Assembly: GCF_006345805.1 (NCBI RefSeq)
Contig: NC_043006.1
Location: forward strand, 36,456,001 to 36,520,000
DNA: 64,000 nt
Direction: 5' to 3'
From: Octopus sinensis
Lineage: Eukaryota
Positions 39,792 through 53,339 of this stretch are shown here, one piece after another (within the stretch, counting starts at the first letter, position 1; the number at the start of each line of letters is the position of its first letter). A model generated the notes under the pieces. That model made no database searches and was not told where the DNA came from. It saw nothing but the letters and a program-made list of their open reading frames with translations. The translations under genes and the position numbers were made by a program.

Positions 39792-41643
39792 GAGGTAGTA
39801 ATAGAATGCCAAATGAGAGTTGGAGATAGAGAGAGGTGAGGTGGAAAAGAAGGAGGTAGTAAAATTTGTTGCTAAAAATCTAATGGAATGGAAAAAGTGA
39901 ATAGCGAAAGTTGATGATAAAGCAAGAGTGGGAGAGGGAACTATGGTAGGGGTGCAAGAGATATAGAAGACTGGATTGATGATGGGTGGTGAATGGATTT
40001 TGAGATTCTTAAGATAGAGCAATAATCATATCAGGAATATACCTTTCTACTATTTCTCTATCTCTCCAGGCAGCCAACAATCCATTCGTTTATCTCTCTA
40101 ATCAGCCATCAATCTAAGCACCCACCCATTCACCCATTCATATATCTATCCATTCCTTCCATCAATTTATTTGTCTTCCATTCCCATACCTGTCTACCCC
40201 ACTATGCCTATTTTTGGCCTGCTTAACAAAACTTATCCATTGAAGTTTTTAAATTGTTATGCATTTTAAGGCTTTTTTTTTTGTTTTCGCTTTTAACTCT
40301 TAGATGGAAAGCACACCTTTATATGCCTCTCTCCAGCTCTTGTTCCCCCCCTCTCTCTCTCTCTTACCCGCTCTCTCGGTAAATAGTAATATTTACACTA
40401 AGTTGCATGCTAAGACTTAAAATCATTTGCACAGTTTAGTTACATGAATTCACAGTTTGATAACACTCCTATTGCTCCTTTGCTTTCTTTCTCTTGCTTC
40501 ACTTAACAATAATGATGATGTTGATGATGAGAACAATAACACTGGATTTCAACACGAAGGCTTTCAGCTAAACCATTTACACTTATTTAGCTTTTTGACT
40601 GCCATGAAATCTCGGCAAATTGCTTCTTTGAGAGAGAAAATATGATCAAGGAACATCAGGGCAGCAGTGGCATACTGTTTGCCATTATTGTTGTTCCTAC
40701 TTACCTTTTTCGTTAGATTATCATTATTAATTAATTAATTAATTAATTAACTCTTGGGGGAATTTTCAGCAGGAGATTAATGTTGTTTTGTTATTCTGTC
40801 TTAATGCCTTGACTTTGTGCGAACTGTGCTTTGACACACACACAAGCTGAGTTTTCTTCACACATACACACACTCACAGTTGTGTGTGTGTGTGTGTGTG
40901 TGATTATACACATATGCTCACATAACTGCATACATATGTAGATACAATGAATGTGAGTTTACCTTAAATAAGTTTAAGAATATATTTATGTATCTGTCTA
41001 TGTCTATTTTATTTTACTGCTTTTTGTCATTGCTTTGTGTGCACATTAGAACACTGCTTTATATATGTAAAATCAATTATATTAACTTCAGTACCTGATT
41101 GGGATGTAATTTATTAACTTCAAGAGGATGAAAGGTGACGTTGACCTAGACAGAATTTGAAATCACATCATAAAGAATATTACCTTGTGGTAACTGAATA
41201 ACACGAAGTATTATTTCTGAACCCCTAAAGCTTTACAAAGCTGTTACGTAGGTTGTAGTGAAACATATGTCTCTTATTATTACAAAGTAAATCAGAGCCA
41301 TAAGCTTCTAATTTGATAACACTACATGACTGATATCATCTTTCTCCTCCTCTTCCTCCTCATTGTTTTATTGTCCACTTTTCCAAGCTTGCATGTGGTA
41401 GATGGATTTTATTAAGGTAGATTTTCTATGGCCAAATGCCCTTCCTGCTGCCTATCCCCAATTATTTTCCAAGTAAACTAATATTTCACCATGGCCAAAT
41501 ATTTTTCACAGAATATATTGGAAATGAATAATATTGCTTGTATGACTGTGACATTCATTTACAACAGTCACACATCTGCATGACAAAGAACCATAAACAC
41601 GTGCACATTCATACTCATGTACACACACACATGCACACACTAT

Positions 41644-41714
<71 letters not shown>

Positions 41715-41715
<1 letters not shown>

Positions 41716-41940
41716 ATTGTATAAAGAATTGTGGGTAAGGTCAAAACAATGCAATGTAAATGCAAGGTGTGTGTGTGTGAGCACATCTGCAACATTTGTC
41801 TATTTCTTGAAAATGGGGTCATAACCCCAAAGTATTAAACACAAGGTAAGTCTACATTAATTCACATATTTGTTATCTTGTGGTTTACCTTGCATTGACT
41901 TTGCATTGTTTTGGCCTTATCCACAATCCTTTATACAATA
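41715..41940. mobile_element. MITE-like element with about 54-bp inverted repeats
   Basis: 41715-41768 (tattgtataaagaattgtgggtaaggtcaaaacaatgcaatgtaaatgcaaggt) matches the reverse complement of 41887-41940 at about 90%. Confidence 0.65.
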
Positions 41941-41965
41941 TATTCTACACAATGCTTCATAGTAA

Positions 41966-42367
41966 TTCTCTTACTCTTTTACTTGTTTCAGTCATTTGAC
42001 TGTGGCCGTGCTGAAGCACTGCATTTAGTCGAGCAAATCGACCCCAGGACTTATTCTTTGTAAGCCCAGTACTTATTCTATCAGTCTCTTTTGCCGAACC
42101 GCTAAGTTTTGGGGACGTAAACATGCCAGCATCAGTTGTCAAGCAGTGTTGGGGGGGATAAACATATACACACACATACATATATAAATATATATATATA
42201 TATATGACAGGCTTCTTTCAGTTTCCATCTACCAAATCCACTCACAAGGCTTTGGTCGGCCTGTGGCTATAATAGAAGACACTTGCCCAAGGTACCAGGC
42301 AGTGGGACTGAACCCGGAACCATGTGGTTCATAAGCAAGCTGCTTACCACACAACCACTCCTATGCT
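41966..42367 (-). mobile_element. SINE family A, full-length copy
   Basis: Reverse-complement match to 57551-57982 across head, hinge and tail. Confidence 0.85.
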
Positions 42368-43913
42368 TATCATTATAATATATATACACACACACTATAC
42401 CTCACCACACACAATGGACTTCTTTCAATTTCTATCTACCAAATCCACTCAGAGTTATAGTAGAAGACACATGGCCCAAGTTACCACACAGTGAGACTGA
42501 ATTCAGAAAACTATGTGATCAGGAAACTAACTTCTTAACCACACAGCCAGGCCTGTCAATATTTATCATTGTCAGAAGACACCTTTATCCACAAAAATGT
42601 GTTTTGTGTGTTGGCTGATACATTGTGCAAGTGAAACAACTATGCAGATGTCCTCTTGCTCACTCCTGTTAGTATGCAGTTGATTTTGCTGTTGGTGTTA
42701 CAGTTTCATTTAACCCCAGATCAGTCATTATCAAAAAGACTTATGATAATTATTCCTCAGTTTCAGATGTAATGTATCTAGAACAATATTATTTTATATC
42801 CTTTCTTCTGTTTTTTCTTTTAAGATGGCATGTCTAATTTTAGGAAGATTCAACTGCTATTTCTGACAGGCCAAGTAACCTTGTAGAAACAGTGTTCTTG
42901 TTGAGGTGAGATACTCCAGTGAGTTCTGTTCAAAGAAACTAATTAGATAACAATGCTGATTGTACACTCATGAAGAAATATGTCTTAACCTTGGATATGA
43001 CTTACTTTGGACTAGTGTGGTGGGGTTTGGGACCATGCTGTAGACTCCATGAAATGAATGGACATATGGTACAAGACCATGCTGCACCCATCTTTTCTAT
43101 CCAGTGTGCATAAATGAGATGACTATGGAGGCAATTAGTCAGTCTTTGTATGGTAGTTTATCAGGATTTATTGGAGCTGTTTTATACATCAACCAGATAT
43201 GACTATCCAAAGTATTCAATCTGCATGTCTAGGCATAAGATCTTAGCTTTAGTGCTGTCCTAAGATTTTAAGCTTAAACCATATGATCCACATTTTAAGT
43301 TAGTCACTGTGTATGTGTGTGTGTGTGTGTGTGCATGCACGTTGGGGCGGATTTGATTGCTAAAAGGAGCAGATCAAGCATCTATGTAACTGTTCTCTTG
43401 ATGGTTTGTGTTGTTGTTGTGCCTCAGCATGGTCACAGTCCTGACTGAAACAGGATTTTATTAAGATAAAAGATAAAAGAAAAGACAGATATAGCTACCC
43501 TCTTCACACACACACACACACACACACTTTCTTCTCTTCCTGCTGTTTCCTTCAACTTCCTCTCTCAGCTACACACATCTATTTCTTAAAATTTTTTATT
43601 CTGTCTGTTCATTTACTCTTTACTTTCTGGTGGCTTTGGTAAAGATATTTCTGTTTCAATGATGGACAAAACATAATACTTCCTGCTGTACTCTTTCCTC
43701 TTGGGACTTTCTTATATAATGCTTTACTGCCTTTTTATATTTGTAATTTTTTTTCATCTCATTCAATTTCTATGTAAGACCTCCCCCGCACCACAGCCTT
43801 TGTGGTAACAATAAAGAAAATATTATTGTAATTATTATTGTTGTTATTTTTGTTATTGCAATTATCAATTCCATCATCATAATAAAATCAATATTTAATA
43901 AATCTAAGAAACC

Positions 43914-43961
43914 TTACTACTACTACTACTGCTACTGCTGCTGCTGCTGCCGCCACTGCCG

Positions 43962-43997
<36 letters not shown>

Positions 43998-43998
43998 A
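43914..43998. repeat. Compound (ACT)n-(GCT)n-(GCC/ACT)-(ACT)n trinucleotide tract
   Basis: Direct reading of the sequence. Confidence 0.9.
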
Positions 43999-44989
43999 CA
44001 CCACCACTATATTTTAATGTTCTAATTTTGTTTCCTTTGTAGCAAATAAAGACATTTTTATTATTATTATTGATATCTAGGCCTTCTGCCCATGTTAGAA
44101 TTCACCATTACCACCACTATCATCATCATCATCATCATCATCACCACCACCACTACCACCCTTTTTCACCCACACCCTCTCTCTCTCCTCACACACAATT
44201 GACTTTCATATTTCCTTTCAAAAGATTACTGAAGAGTTGTCATGTTAATAAATAGAGGAAAGAAAAACAGCAACAAACGAAAAAATATCTTTGTGAATAA
44301 TAACTCTGTGAAAGGGAATCCTTGTTTTATTTCAATGAAACTGTGAAAGATTCATTTCAGCATTGTGTTTATAATGCAATCATTTTCATTTCATTTGTAT
44401 ACACTCATTAATGTTGTTGTTGTTGTTGTTATTTTTGGTGGTGGTGGTGGTAGTGGAGGTGGCGCATGCACCATAGTTGTGATAGCTCTCGGCAAATATC
44501 ATTTGAAATTCTGTTCTTTCGAACTGCATCCTGCCATCTCTCCACTTAACTTGTTAATCCTAAGGAAAGATATGAACATCACAACATCTTGATTTAAGAA
44601 AAAAAAAATTGAAAGGTCCTTTATGTGATTTTTCTTTTTTATTTCTTTCCCTAGTCTTTTATCATTATGTTGGGTATGTTAGTCATCATCTCCCTATATC
44701 TGTAAGGAGAGTCATGTCTTACTGTTTCTTCACACCGGTTTTGTCTACAACTTTCTTAGATTTGTTCTCCTACCAGTTCTAGGTTGTTTTGATGGTTTTT
44801 GTTAACCTCAAGTCTGCTCTGATTGAGTAGACTTATGAAAAAAGATATCCCAACCAATACTATCCACTTAAAAGAATGGCTAAAGCATCGCCAAAAATGC
44901 TTTGCAGAATTTGTTCTGGCTCTTTACATGAGTTCAAATACTGCTCCAGTCAACTTTGTCTTTCACCCATCTGGGGGTTATTCTTTTAT

Positions 44990-45555
44990 TCTTTTACTTG
45001 TTTCAGTCAGTTGACTGCGGCCATGCTGGAGCACCGGCTTTAGTCGAACAAATTGACCCCAGGACTTATTCTTTGTAAGCCTAGTACTTATTCTATTGGT
45101 CTCTTTTTTGCTGAACAGCTAAGTTACAGGGACATAAACATACTAGCATTGGTTGTTAAGTGATGATTGGGTGGGGGGAAAAACACAGACACACAAACAT
45201 CTACATTGATAGCATGTAAAAAGCATCCACGACACTCTTGGAGTGGTTGGCGTTAAGAAGGGCATCCAGCTGTAGAAACATTGCCAGATCAGATTGGAGC
45301 CTGGTGCAGCCACTGGCTCCCCAGACCTCAGTCAAACCGTCAACCCATGCCAGCATGGAAAACTGATGTTAAATGATGATAATGATATATGACAGGCTTC
45401 TTTTAGTTTCCATCTACCAAATCCACTCACAAGGCTTTGGTCATCCCGAGGCTATAACAGAAGACACTTGCCCAAGGTGCCACGCAGTGGGACTGAACCC
45501 AGAACCATGTGACTGGTAAGCAAGCTACTTACCACTCAGCCACACCGGCACCTAT
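44990..45555 (-). mobile_element. SINE family A copy with a SINE C inserted in its hinge
   Basis: Tail A' at 44990-45195 and head at 45390-45555 (both minus) flank a plus-strand C element. Confidence 0.8.
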
Positions 45556-46254
45556 AAAATAAACTACATGTCAAGTATACGAGCTGATGGTGTTGAGTAA
45601 CTACCTTCCCTCAAGATTAATAGCCTTATGCCTAAATTTGAAACAATTATTATTATTTTTATACATCGCCATCATCATCATTTTCATCATTATCATAATG
45701 TAGAATGATGGTTAGAGCATCAAACAAAATGCTTTGCAGTATTTGTCCTGACTCCTTGAAATTTGGCCTGAAATCCTGTTGAGATCAAGTTTGTCTTCCA
45801 CTTCTCCAGAGTTAATAAAATAAAGTACCAGTCAAATACTGGGGTCAGTATTATTGATTAATCCCTACCCATGAGCTTCCAGCCTTTTACCTGTTTTAGA
45901 AACAATTATTATTTTCCATTTCAAGCTCAAACATCAAATAAAAAGACAGCATTAATATTATATTAATATTATAACTATTATTTCTACTACATTTGTGACA
46001 AGAAAAATGACAATTCCAATCACATTCTCGAGGTTGAATTTCCCTTTGATTTCCTTTTAATTTTGAACTGTTTAATCTTGTCTTTGTCATGTCATTCAGA
46101 AAATGTCAAAAAATCAAAAAAAAAACCCCAGACAGAATAAAGATTAAACATTATTTTTTTTTCGTTTTAAGAAGAATTACCCGATACTTAAATAGGCAAG
46201 TATTTGTGTGTGTGTGTGTGTGTGATTGTGCACTCTCACATTGAAATGTAGGTG

Positions 46255-46615
46255 TGGTTGTGTGGTTATTTCTCAACCATGTGATCATTTACTCAGTCCT
46301 ACTGTGCAGCACGTTGGGCAAGTGTTTTCTACTATAGCCTGAGCTGACCAAAGCCTTTTGAGTGGATTTGTTATGTGGAAGCTTATTCTGTGTGTGTGTG
46401 TGTGTGTGTGCCTATACATCATGTGATGGTTGTAAATAAGTGTTGTCATTATACAAGCAAAGTTCGTTTCAATGAAAAACATGTCTGGAAAATATTACCT
46501 TGCTTAACAACAGGTGATGGTTGGCAACAAAGGGCATCTGAGCATATTAAATCTGCCCCCTACAAATTCTGTCTGACCCATTCAAGCATGGAAAAGTGAG
46601 TGTTAAATGATGATG
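46255..46615 (+). mobile_element. SINE head A + tail E
   Basis: Head (gtggttgtgtggtt...ttgggcaagtgttttctactatagcc), a (TG)n hinge, and a tail ending gcatggaaaagtgagtgttaaatgatgatg. Confidence 0.75.
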
Positions 46616-46838
46616 GCAATACATATTAAAACAATGATTCCAGTAACTAACCTATTGTACTAGTTATACTCGAGTTAAAATACTCGCCACAGTCAACTTT
46701 ACTTTTTATCTTTTGGGGAGTCATTTGATAAAGTACCAGTCAAATACTGGCATCAGTTCTTCCTCTCTTTCATACTTTTTCTCTCTCTCAAAGATTTATC
46801 TCTCCTCTTCATGTCTAAATGCCACACTGAACACTTAA

Positions 46839-47050
46839 CCTTTTTGTGACAATATTTCTGTTGAGATGCTCTGTGTTTCTTTTCAATTAATTTTAAATAT
46901 AACAAAGAATTTAGTAAAATAAATTAGTTAGTGTTAGGAACATAAATTGTGACTAAGGTTTGGTGGAAGATTTTAATTTAGAATTTTTGTAAACAAGACA
47001 TTTGTACTACAGAGCCAGAGGTAGTTTCAGCTGGATTGGCATCGAAAGGG
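46839..47050. mobile_element. piggyBac-like MITE (TTAA-flanked, CC...GGG ends)
   Basis: TTAA at 46835-38 and 47051-54, short imperfect TIR (cctttttg / cgaaaggg). A homologous copy in the opposite orientation lies at about 10598-10763. Confidence 0.55.
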
Positions 47051-48404
47051 TTAAATCAAGCTTTTATTTCTAGAACTGCCTATCCTAAAAACATTCTCTC
47101 TCTCCCTGATTTCTCTTGAGGTATCAAGCTGCAAATATTCAAATTGAACAACAGCTATATTACCCTCATCAACCCAAGAGAGTTTGGAAAGACTACTAGC
47201 ACTGTCCATCCTTCTCAGACTAAAATGTTAAATAAAGGAAACCTCCAAATAGCTCTTTCTTTGCTTTAACTAAAATGAATTCTTCTGACACAGACCATGC
47301 TTCTTCAATTTTAGCAATTGTTTTTGACACCCAACCTTATTTTCATGTTATTTAGTTGTTGGGTAACCCCTCTCCCTCTACCATATCATACAGGAAGTCC
47401 CATATGTCTTTGTTTCATTATTTTTTTATAAATACTTTAGCATATGTTACCCCTTCAATGTTATAAATGCTAAAGGGTTAAAAGATGGGCCTAGGTTACC
47501 TACTTAGCTTAATGAATCAAATTGTTCAATCTTGAAAGTCCCATGTTTAGAGTTTCCTTGGTTTTTCTACAGACTGCTAATTTGACAATGAAAGCCACAT
47601 CCCCATATCCTGTAATCATTTTCTGGTTAATATCTCTGACATTTTGTCCTGATTGATGAATCTATAACCTTGGCATTTTAACTTTTCCAAGAATTAAAGT
47701 TATACACACACACACACACATATGTATAAAAGCTATTGTCTAAGCACTTTAAAGATTTTTATTCTGAAGAATAAAAATAAAACAACAAATGTTGTTAAAA
47801 GAGAGAGGAGATAAAAGAAAAGAAAACATTAGAATTTGTGTGTTCGTGTGTGTGTGTGTATAGAGAGATAGATGGAAAGGGTTGAAGGATTAGATAAAGA
47901 GAAGGAAAGCAAAGAAGGAGAAATATTGAAAGTTTAAAGAATGATAAAAGGAATCAAAGAATTATACTTATCTCGAAACAGAAAAAAAACCTACATGTGA
48001 TTTTGGATGACTTTCTGCCAATATTTCAAAAGAGGCAAAAGATCTTGCTGTTTAAAAAAAATTCTGGAGGCTAATTCTCATTGGCCTATAATCAAAAGCA
48101 TTCCAGCTGTGACCGTTACATCTTAAGTGTGTTTTTTTTTTTGCTTTTGTTTTTCGTTTTGCAGGTTTAATGTATTAAAACTACATTGTTTAATGTAGCC
48201 TTTCTCTTTTAAGATAGTAAGGTGTAATCTCTACAAGATTTGGCTCCTGTTTTATCAGTATAAGCAACTGCATACGGGTTTCCTTATTGGTCTAAAATTG
48301 AGATCTTGGAAGAGACAAACAAACCCCACTGTTATAGTGGACAAGGTCCACAATTTTCAACCAGATAGTTGGTCACTTTATGTCTACTCTACACTAGAAA
48401 TATT

Positions 48405-48598
48405 GGTTTTAAATTTTGGCACAAGGGAGAGGGGTTAAGTCAGTTACATTGACCCCAGTGCTTATTTTATTGACCTTGAAAGGATGAAAGAGCAAAGTCA
48501 ACCTCAGTGGAATTTGAATTCAGAACATGCAGATGGATGAAATACCACTAAGCATTTTACCCAGCATGCTAATGATTCTGCTAGCTCACCACCTTACA
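48405..48598 (-). mobile_element. SINE family B
   Basis: ttgaccccagtg...aaaggatgaaagagcaaagtcaacctcagtggaatttgaa...gctagctcaccacctta. Confidence 0.8.
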
Positions 48599-49689
48599 CT
48601 ACACTAGAAATATTGGAAAATGTTTTAGCCTTGACCTAACCAAAGTTTTCAATTCCAGCATGATCTCCAAAATAAACTCTTTTTTTTTCTTTTCTTTTTT
48701 TTTTTGTTACAGTATCTTCCAAATAGCAGTGGAAGAAACAAAATACTTCAGAATAATTTTACCTCAGGCTATCATTAAGATTTCTTTCAAAACTAAATCT
48801 TCTTTGTGTTAGTCATCCTACATCAGTGTTCAATGAAACAAAATACTGTATTTCTTTCATTTATATATTTGTTGTTACTATAAGAATTGTCAATTATAGG
48901 GTTTGAATAGATCAATCTTTGATTCATTACGTATAAACATTCCAAAGATTTGGTTTTAACTTGTAAAAGTATGATCTTAATTCCTTCAGCTTCTGCTAAG
49001 CTACTCTCAGCATCTGCTTCAGACCTTAGTTGACTTTTATCATTATTAATCAATCATAGTGCAGAGACATTAAATTACACATACTCTGTCGTGATTGGGC
49101 TATTTTCAGAAGTGAATGTCTAACCTTAAGTACACTTACCACATCCCTATTCATGGATATGCCATGAAGGAGAAACAAGTCAATAAGTTTGCAGCATCCA
49201 TGGAGCTGTAAGGAATGATGGATATTGGTTAAATTTAGCTGTACATATCTACCTGAAGGCTCCTCATCCTTCCCTCTGGATTTTCTGTAGGGGTTTACTC
49301 CCTTAGCCTTTTATAAACGCTTGAATAAATTATCCCACTGGACAGCAGGAGTTTATTATTACAGTTTGTACACAGCCAGTCCTACTCTTTCATCCTTCAC
49401 ACTTGTATTGATCTGCTGCGACAAGTACCTCAAGTTCAGCAGATATCAGGAAGCAGGATTTGCATGGAAGTTTTTCTAATCAGTTTTATTATTGTTGTTG
49501 TTGGTATCATTATCATAATCCTCGTTGTCATTATCGTCATCATTGTTGTTGTCATTATTTCACTTCACAGAGCTCATAATTTCACTTGCTCCACCTAATT
49601 TTTTAAGAGTGGACAACAAGGTCTCACAGAGTCTTCTTCCATGATACTTAACATCCAAGTCCCAATCTCATCATTATTATTATTATTGA

Positions 49690-49868
49690 GCTGGCAAAAT
49701 GCTAAGTGCTAACCCATGCATCATTATATTCTGAGTTCAAATTCCATCAGTCAACTTAACCTTTCATCCTTTTGGGGTTGATAAAATAAGTACCAGTTGA
49801 GGACTGGGATTGATGTAATCTACTTAACTCCTCCCCAGAACTTGCTTCCTTGTGCCAAAATTTGAAAC

Positions 49869-49904
<36 letters not shown>

Positions 49905-50265
49905 GGTGGCAAATTGGCAGAATTGTTAGCATGCTGGGTAAAATACTTAGCGGTATTTCGTCCGTTGCTACATTCTGAGTTCAAATTCCGTTGAAGTCAA
50001 CTTTACCATTCATCCTTTCAGGGTGGTTAAAATAAGTACCAGTTACACACTGGGGTCATCCCCCAAGTTGCCCTTGAGACAACAATTTGAAATAATTATT
50101 ATTATTGTTATTAAGGCAGCGGCCTTTAATCCTTTCTGGGTTGATAAATTATGTACCAGTTGAATATTGGGGTCAATGTAATCAACTGGCCCCCCTCCCG
50201 ACCAAATTTCAGGCTTTGTGCCTTTAGTAGAAAGGATTATTATTATTATTGCTTTGTGCCAAAAT
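49690..50265 (+). mobile_element. Head-to-tail cluster of three SINE B copies separated by (ATT)n
   Basis: The B core recurs at about 49760, 50005 and 50130. (ATT)n spacers lie at 49871-49902 and about 50093-50112. Confidence 0.8.
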
Positions 50266-50672
50266 TTGAAACCATTTTTATTATTCAGTTATGTGTATTG
50301 CATGTTTTCACTTCCCTACTGTTTGGAGCACTGTGCACCTAGGGTAAATGCAAGGTTTTTTGTTGTTTTATTTCTATTTCTTTTGCATTGAGAGTGCTCT
50401 ATGTAATATATATGGAGTGCGCAGCTGTTGAAAGTCTGCCTCTATAAATTTCGTCTGACCCATGCAGATATGGAAAAATGGATCTTAAAATGATGATGAT
50501 GAGGAGGATATTTCTATGTTTGTGTGTAATGTATGTGTGCATGCATTCATTTATATACACGCACACATATTTGCGATTGTTTATTTGTGCACATTTGCAT
50601 AATAGTAGAATATATTTTCATGTGCATATGTGAATATGAAAATATGACTTCACTGCATGTGTATGTAACTTG

Positions 50673-50704
<32 letters not shown>

Positions 50705-51591
50705 AGTAAATGATAGGGTTATTTACTGTTACAAAGATGTATTTTTTTTTATAAAAATAGAAAAAAAACAACAAATATATAAATAAATGCAAAAGAAATG
50801 AAGTTTGAGCTGCAAAGATTTTTCATTACATGTTGAAATGGTGAAGCTCATTGTGGTTGTTAATGGTCGGTTTGTTCTTTTATCCACTGGAACAGAATAA
50901 TAATATAATACTTTGGTAATAAATTGATAAATATATATCTAGCTCGTTAGGTTGTGTCTGACAGTTTGTCTGTCTGTCTGTCTGTATTTATGTCTTCATA
51001 TCTCTTTCTTTCTCTTGATTTGTATTTGGTATTCTTTTTCCACATTGGTATACACTTACTACATACATTAACCCTTCTATTCAGCTACACACACACATAT
51101 GCACATGTATGTATATGCATACAGGCATATCTACGTCTACACAAACATATACTCATACATGCACATGTGTGTGTGAACACACATGCACATACACACATAT
51201 TTCTACAAAAGCACAAAAGCCAATAAAATTCAGTTGATACCCATCATTATCGAATGAACAATATAACTGTTGTCTCTCTCTCTCTCTCTTTCATTTACAA
51301 TTCTGTTCTGCTGGAATTCTCTTACATATACACCCACTTCATTAGCAGCAGATTTCTTGAAGCAGTAGCACTATCTTTCTGGGTTTAAAAGCATTTTTTA
51401 AATTTTCTTTTCTAATGTTGCCTTCCCACCTTTCAATTTATCATCCCCACCGCTGTTCCAATTTTTATTGCCCACCACCACTGAAATTCCTTTGCCTAGT
51501 GCCACTACCACTACAATTTCCTTTGCTTCCTATTACCTCTACAGTTCCTCTTTCCCACCCACCCCGCCATCACCATTTCTTACCCATTACC

Positions 51592-51823
51592 TATTTCTTT
51601 ATTACCCACAAGGGGCTAAACATAGAGAGGACAAACATGGACAGACAAAGGTATTAAGTCGATTATATCGACCCCAGTGCTTAACTGGTACTTAATTTAT
51701 CGACCCCGAAAGGATGAAAGGCAAAGTCAACCTCGGCGGAATTTGAACTCACAACGTAATGGCAGCCGAAATACCGCTAAGCATTTCGCCCGACGTGCTA
51801 ACGATTCTGCCAGCTCACCGCCG
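51592..51823 (-). mobile_element. SINE family B, young CpG-rich full-length copy
   Basis: Retains CpGs (atcgaccccgaaaggatgaaaggcaaagtcaacctcggcggaatttgaactc). Confidence 0.9.
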
Positions 51824-52257
51824 TTTTTACCCATTACCACTATTTAATTATACCTTATTCACTAGCTCCTCTGCAATTTCCTTTGGCCACCATCACCAAT
51901 CATGTTTCCTTTGCCCACAACAAACAATCCATTTCTATTTACCCATCTCCAACATGCCAGGTTCCTTTACCCACCTCAAACAATCTGGTTGTTCTTGTCC
52001 ATTACCATCACCACTTCAGTTTACTTTTGCCCACGGCCACTGCAACTCTCTTTGACCTCTATCAAAATTTACTTACCAGTACCTATGTTTTTTACAGGTT
52101 TTCTTGTCTCTCCCTCTCCTCATTTCTCCCCATCCATAGATGACTCTACCAACAGTTAAGGTAGATATTTTTGTACAGAACTTTGGAGACATGATCCATT
52201 GTTCTATTGTTTGATCATTTAAATGCTCAGGCACACACATGCCTTCACAGAACTGCC

Positions 52258-52301
<44 letters not shown>

Positions 52302-53339
52302 AATGCATGCATGAATACATATATACTTACATACATATTTATAGAAATGCATGTGCTTAAACTTATACAGACACCACACACATAGACACACATACATACA
52401 TACATACTTATTTGGATCCATATTTATCTCACATTTCTCCATACATGTGCAAAAGTATGACATTAAATGATATGTGTGGGGGGGAAGAGAATGAGTGAGA
52501 TAGAGAGAATAATGGAATGAAAGAGAAGAAGGAAGAGAGATTTTCTGATTGTCAGAAAGAATATGTGCATGTATGTGTGTGTAGATAGATATGAGAGGAG
52601 AGAGGAGGTAGGAAGCACTATATTTTGTATTGTGGCAGAGTGAAGTGACATACACCATTAGATAGCTATAGATGACACGTGCACACACATTCATGAAGAA
52701 TTACATACATAATGTGCAATTATTTACATGTGTGTCTCTGGATAAATATAAGTATGTCTCTGTATGTATTATATATATGTGTGTGTAATGTGTGAGTATA
52801 TCTGCATATATGTATGTACATAGGTAGAAAATGGCAGAGATCAGCTGATTTTTCACTTCATTTTCATATTTATGTTTATTATATCTATTTTGCCATTGTT
52901 TTACTTTGTATAATCACCTTCTATCTACTGTAGTGTATCAGATATGCTTTACTGTTATCGTACAGGAAGCTGTATTAAGAGTTGTTTTCTTTTAACACTA
53001 CCACCCTTGTGAGAAACAGTTTAAAGTTAAAGAATGCACATTGAAATCAGTGGAAATGAATTGGATATTTTTAATGTTACAACATAGTCAGTGGGGGAAG
53101 GACATCCCCAAAGACCTCCCCAACTGAAAGGGGAAGGTAGAAATCATGACTCATGAATTATCCTTAAACTGCTTTCCAAATGAGTAGATACCATGAAAGG
53201 CTTCCAAAGATTAGTATAGCCTTATGGAATAAAGAGTTGGTTTATCAACCAGTGGGTAATGAACTCAAATCAACTACAAGCAGCTTTGTTATTAATGTGT
53301 TAAACTAAATCCTTCACAAACCAGAGCATTATAGAATGC

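Noticed and set aside
40457-40645. Signal-peptide-like ORF MITLLLLLCFLSLASL...
   Set aside because: It starts at TTG rather than ATG, lies in CT-rich low-complexity sequence and has no convincing in-phase donor.
47060-47700. Possible CR1-like LINE remnant
   Set aside because: Only vague motif resemblance; no diagnostic RT or endonuclease motif could be read.
49080-49480. Unique-looking stretch suspected to be an exon or LINE fragment
   Set aside because: No AG/GT-bounded open frame or recognisable motif was found on either strand.
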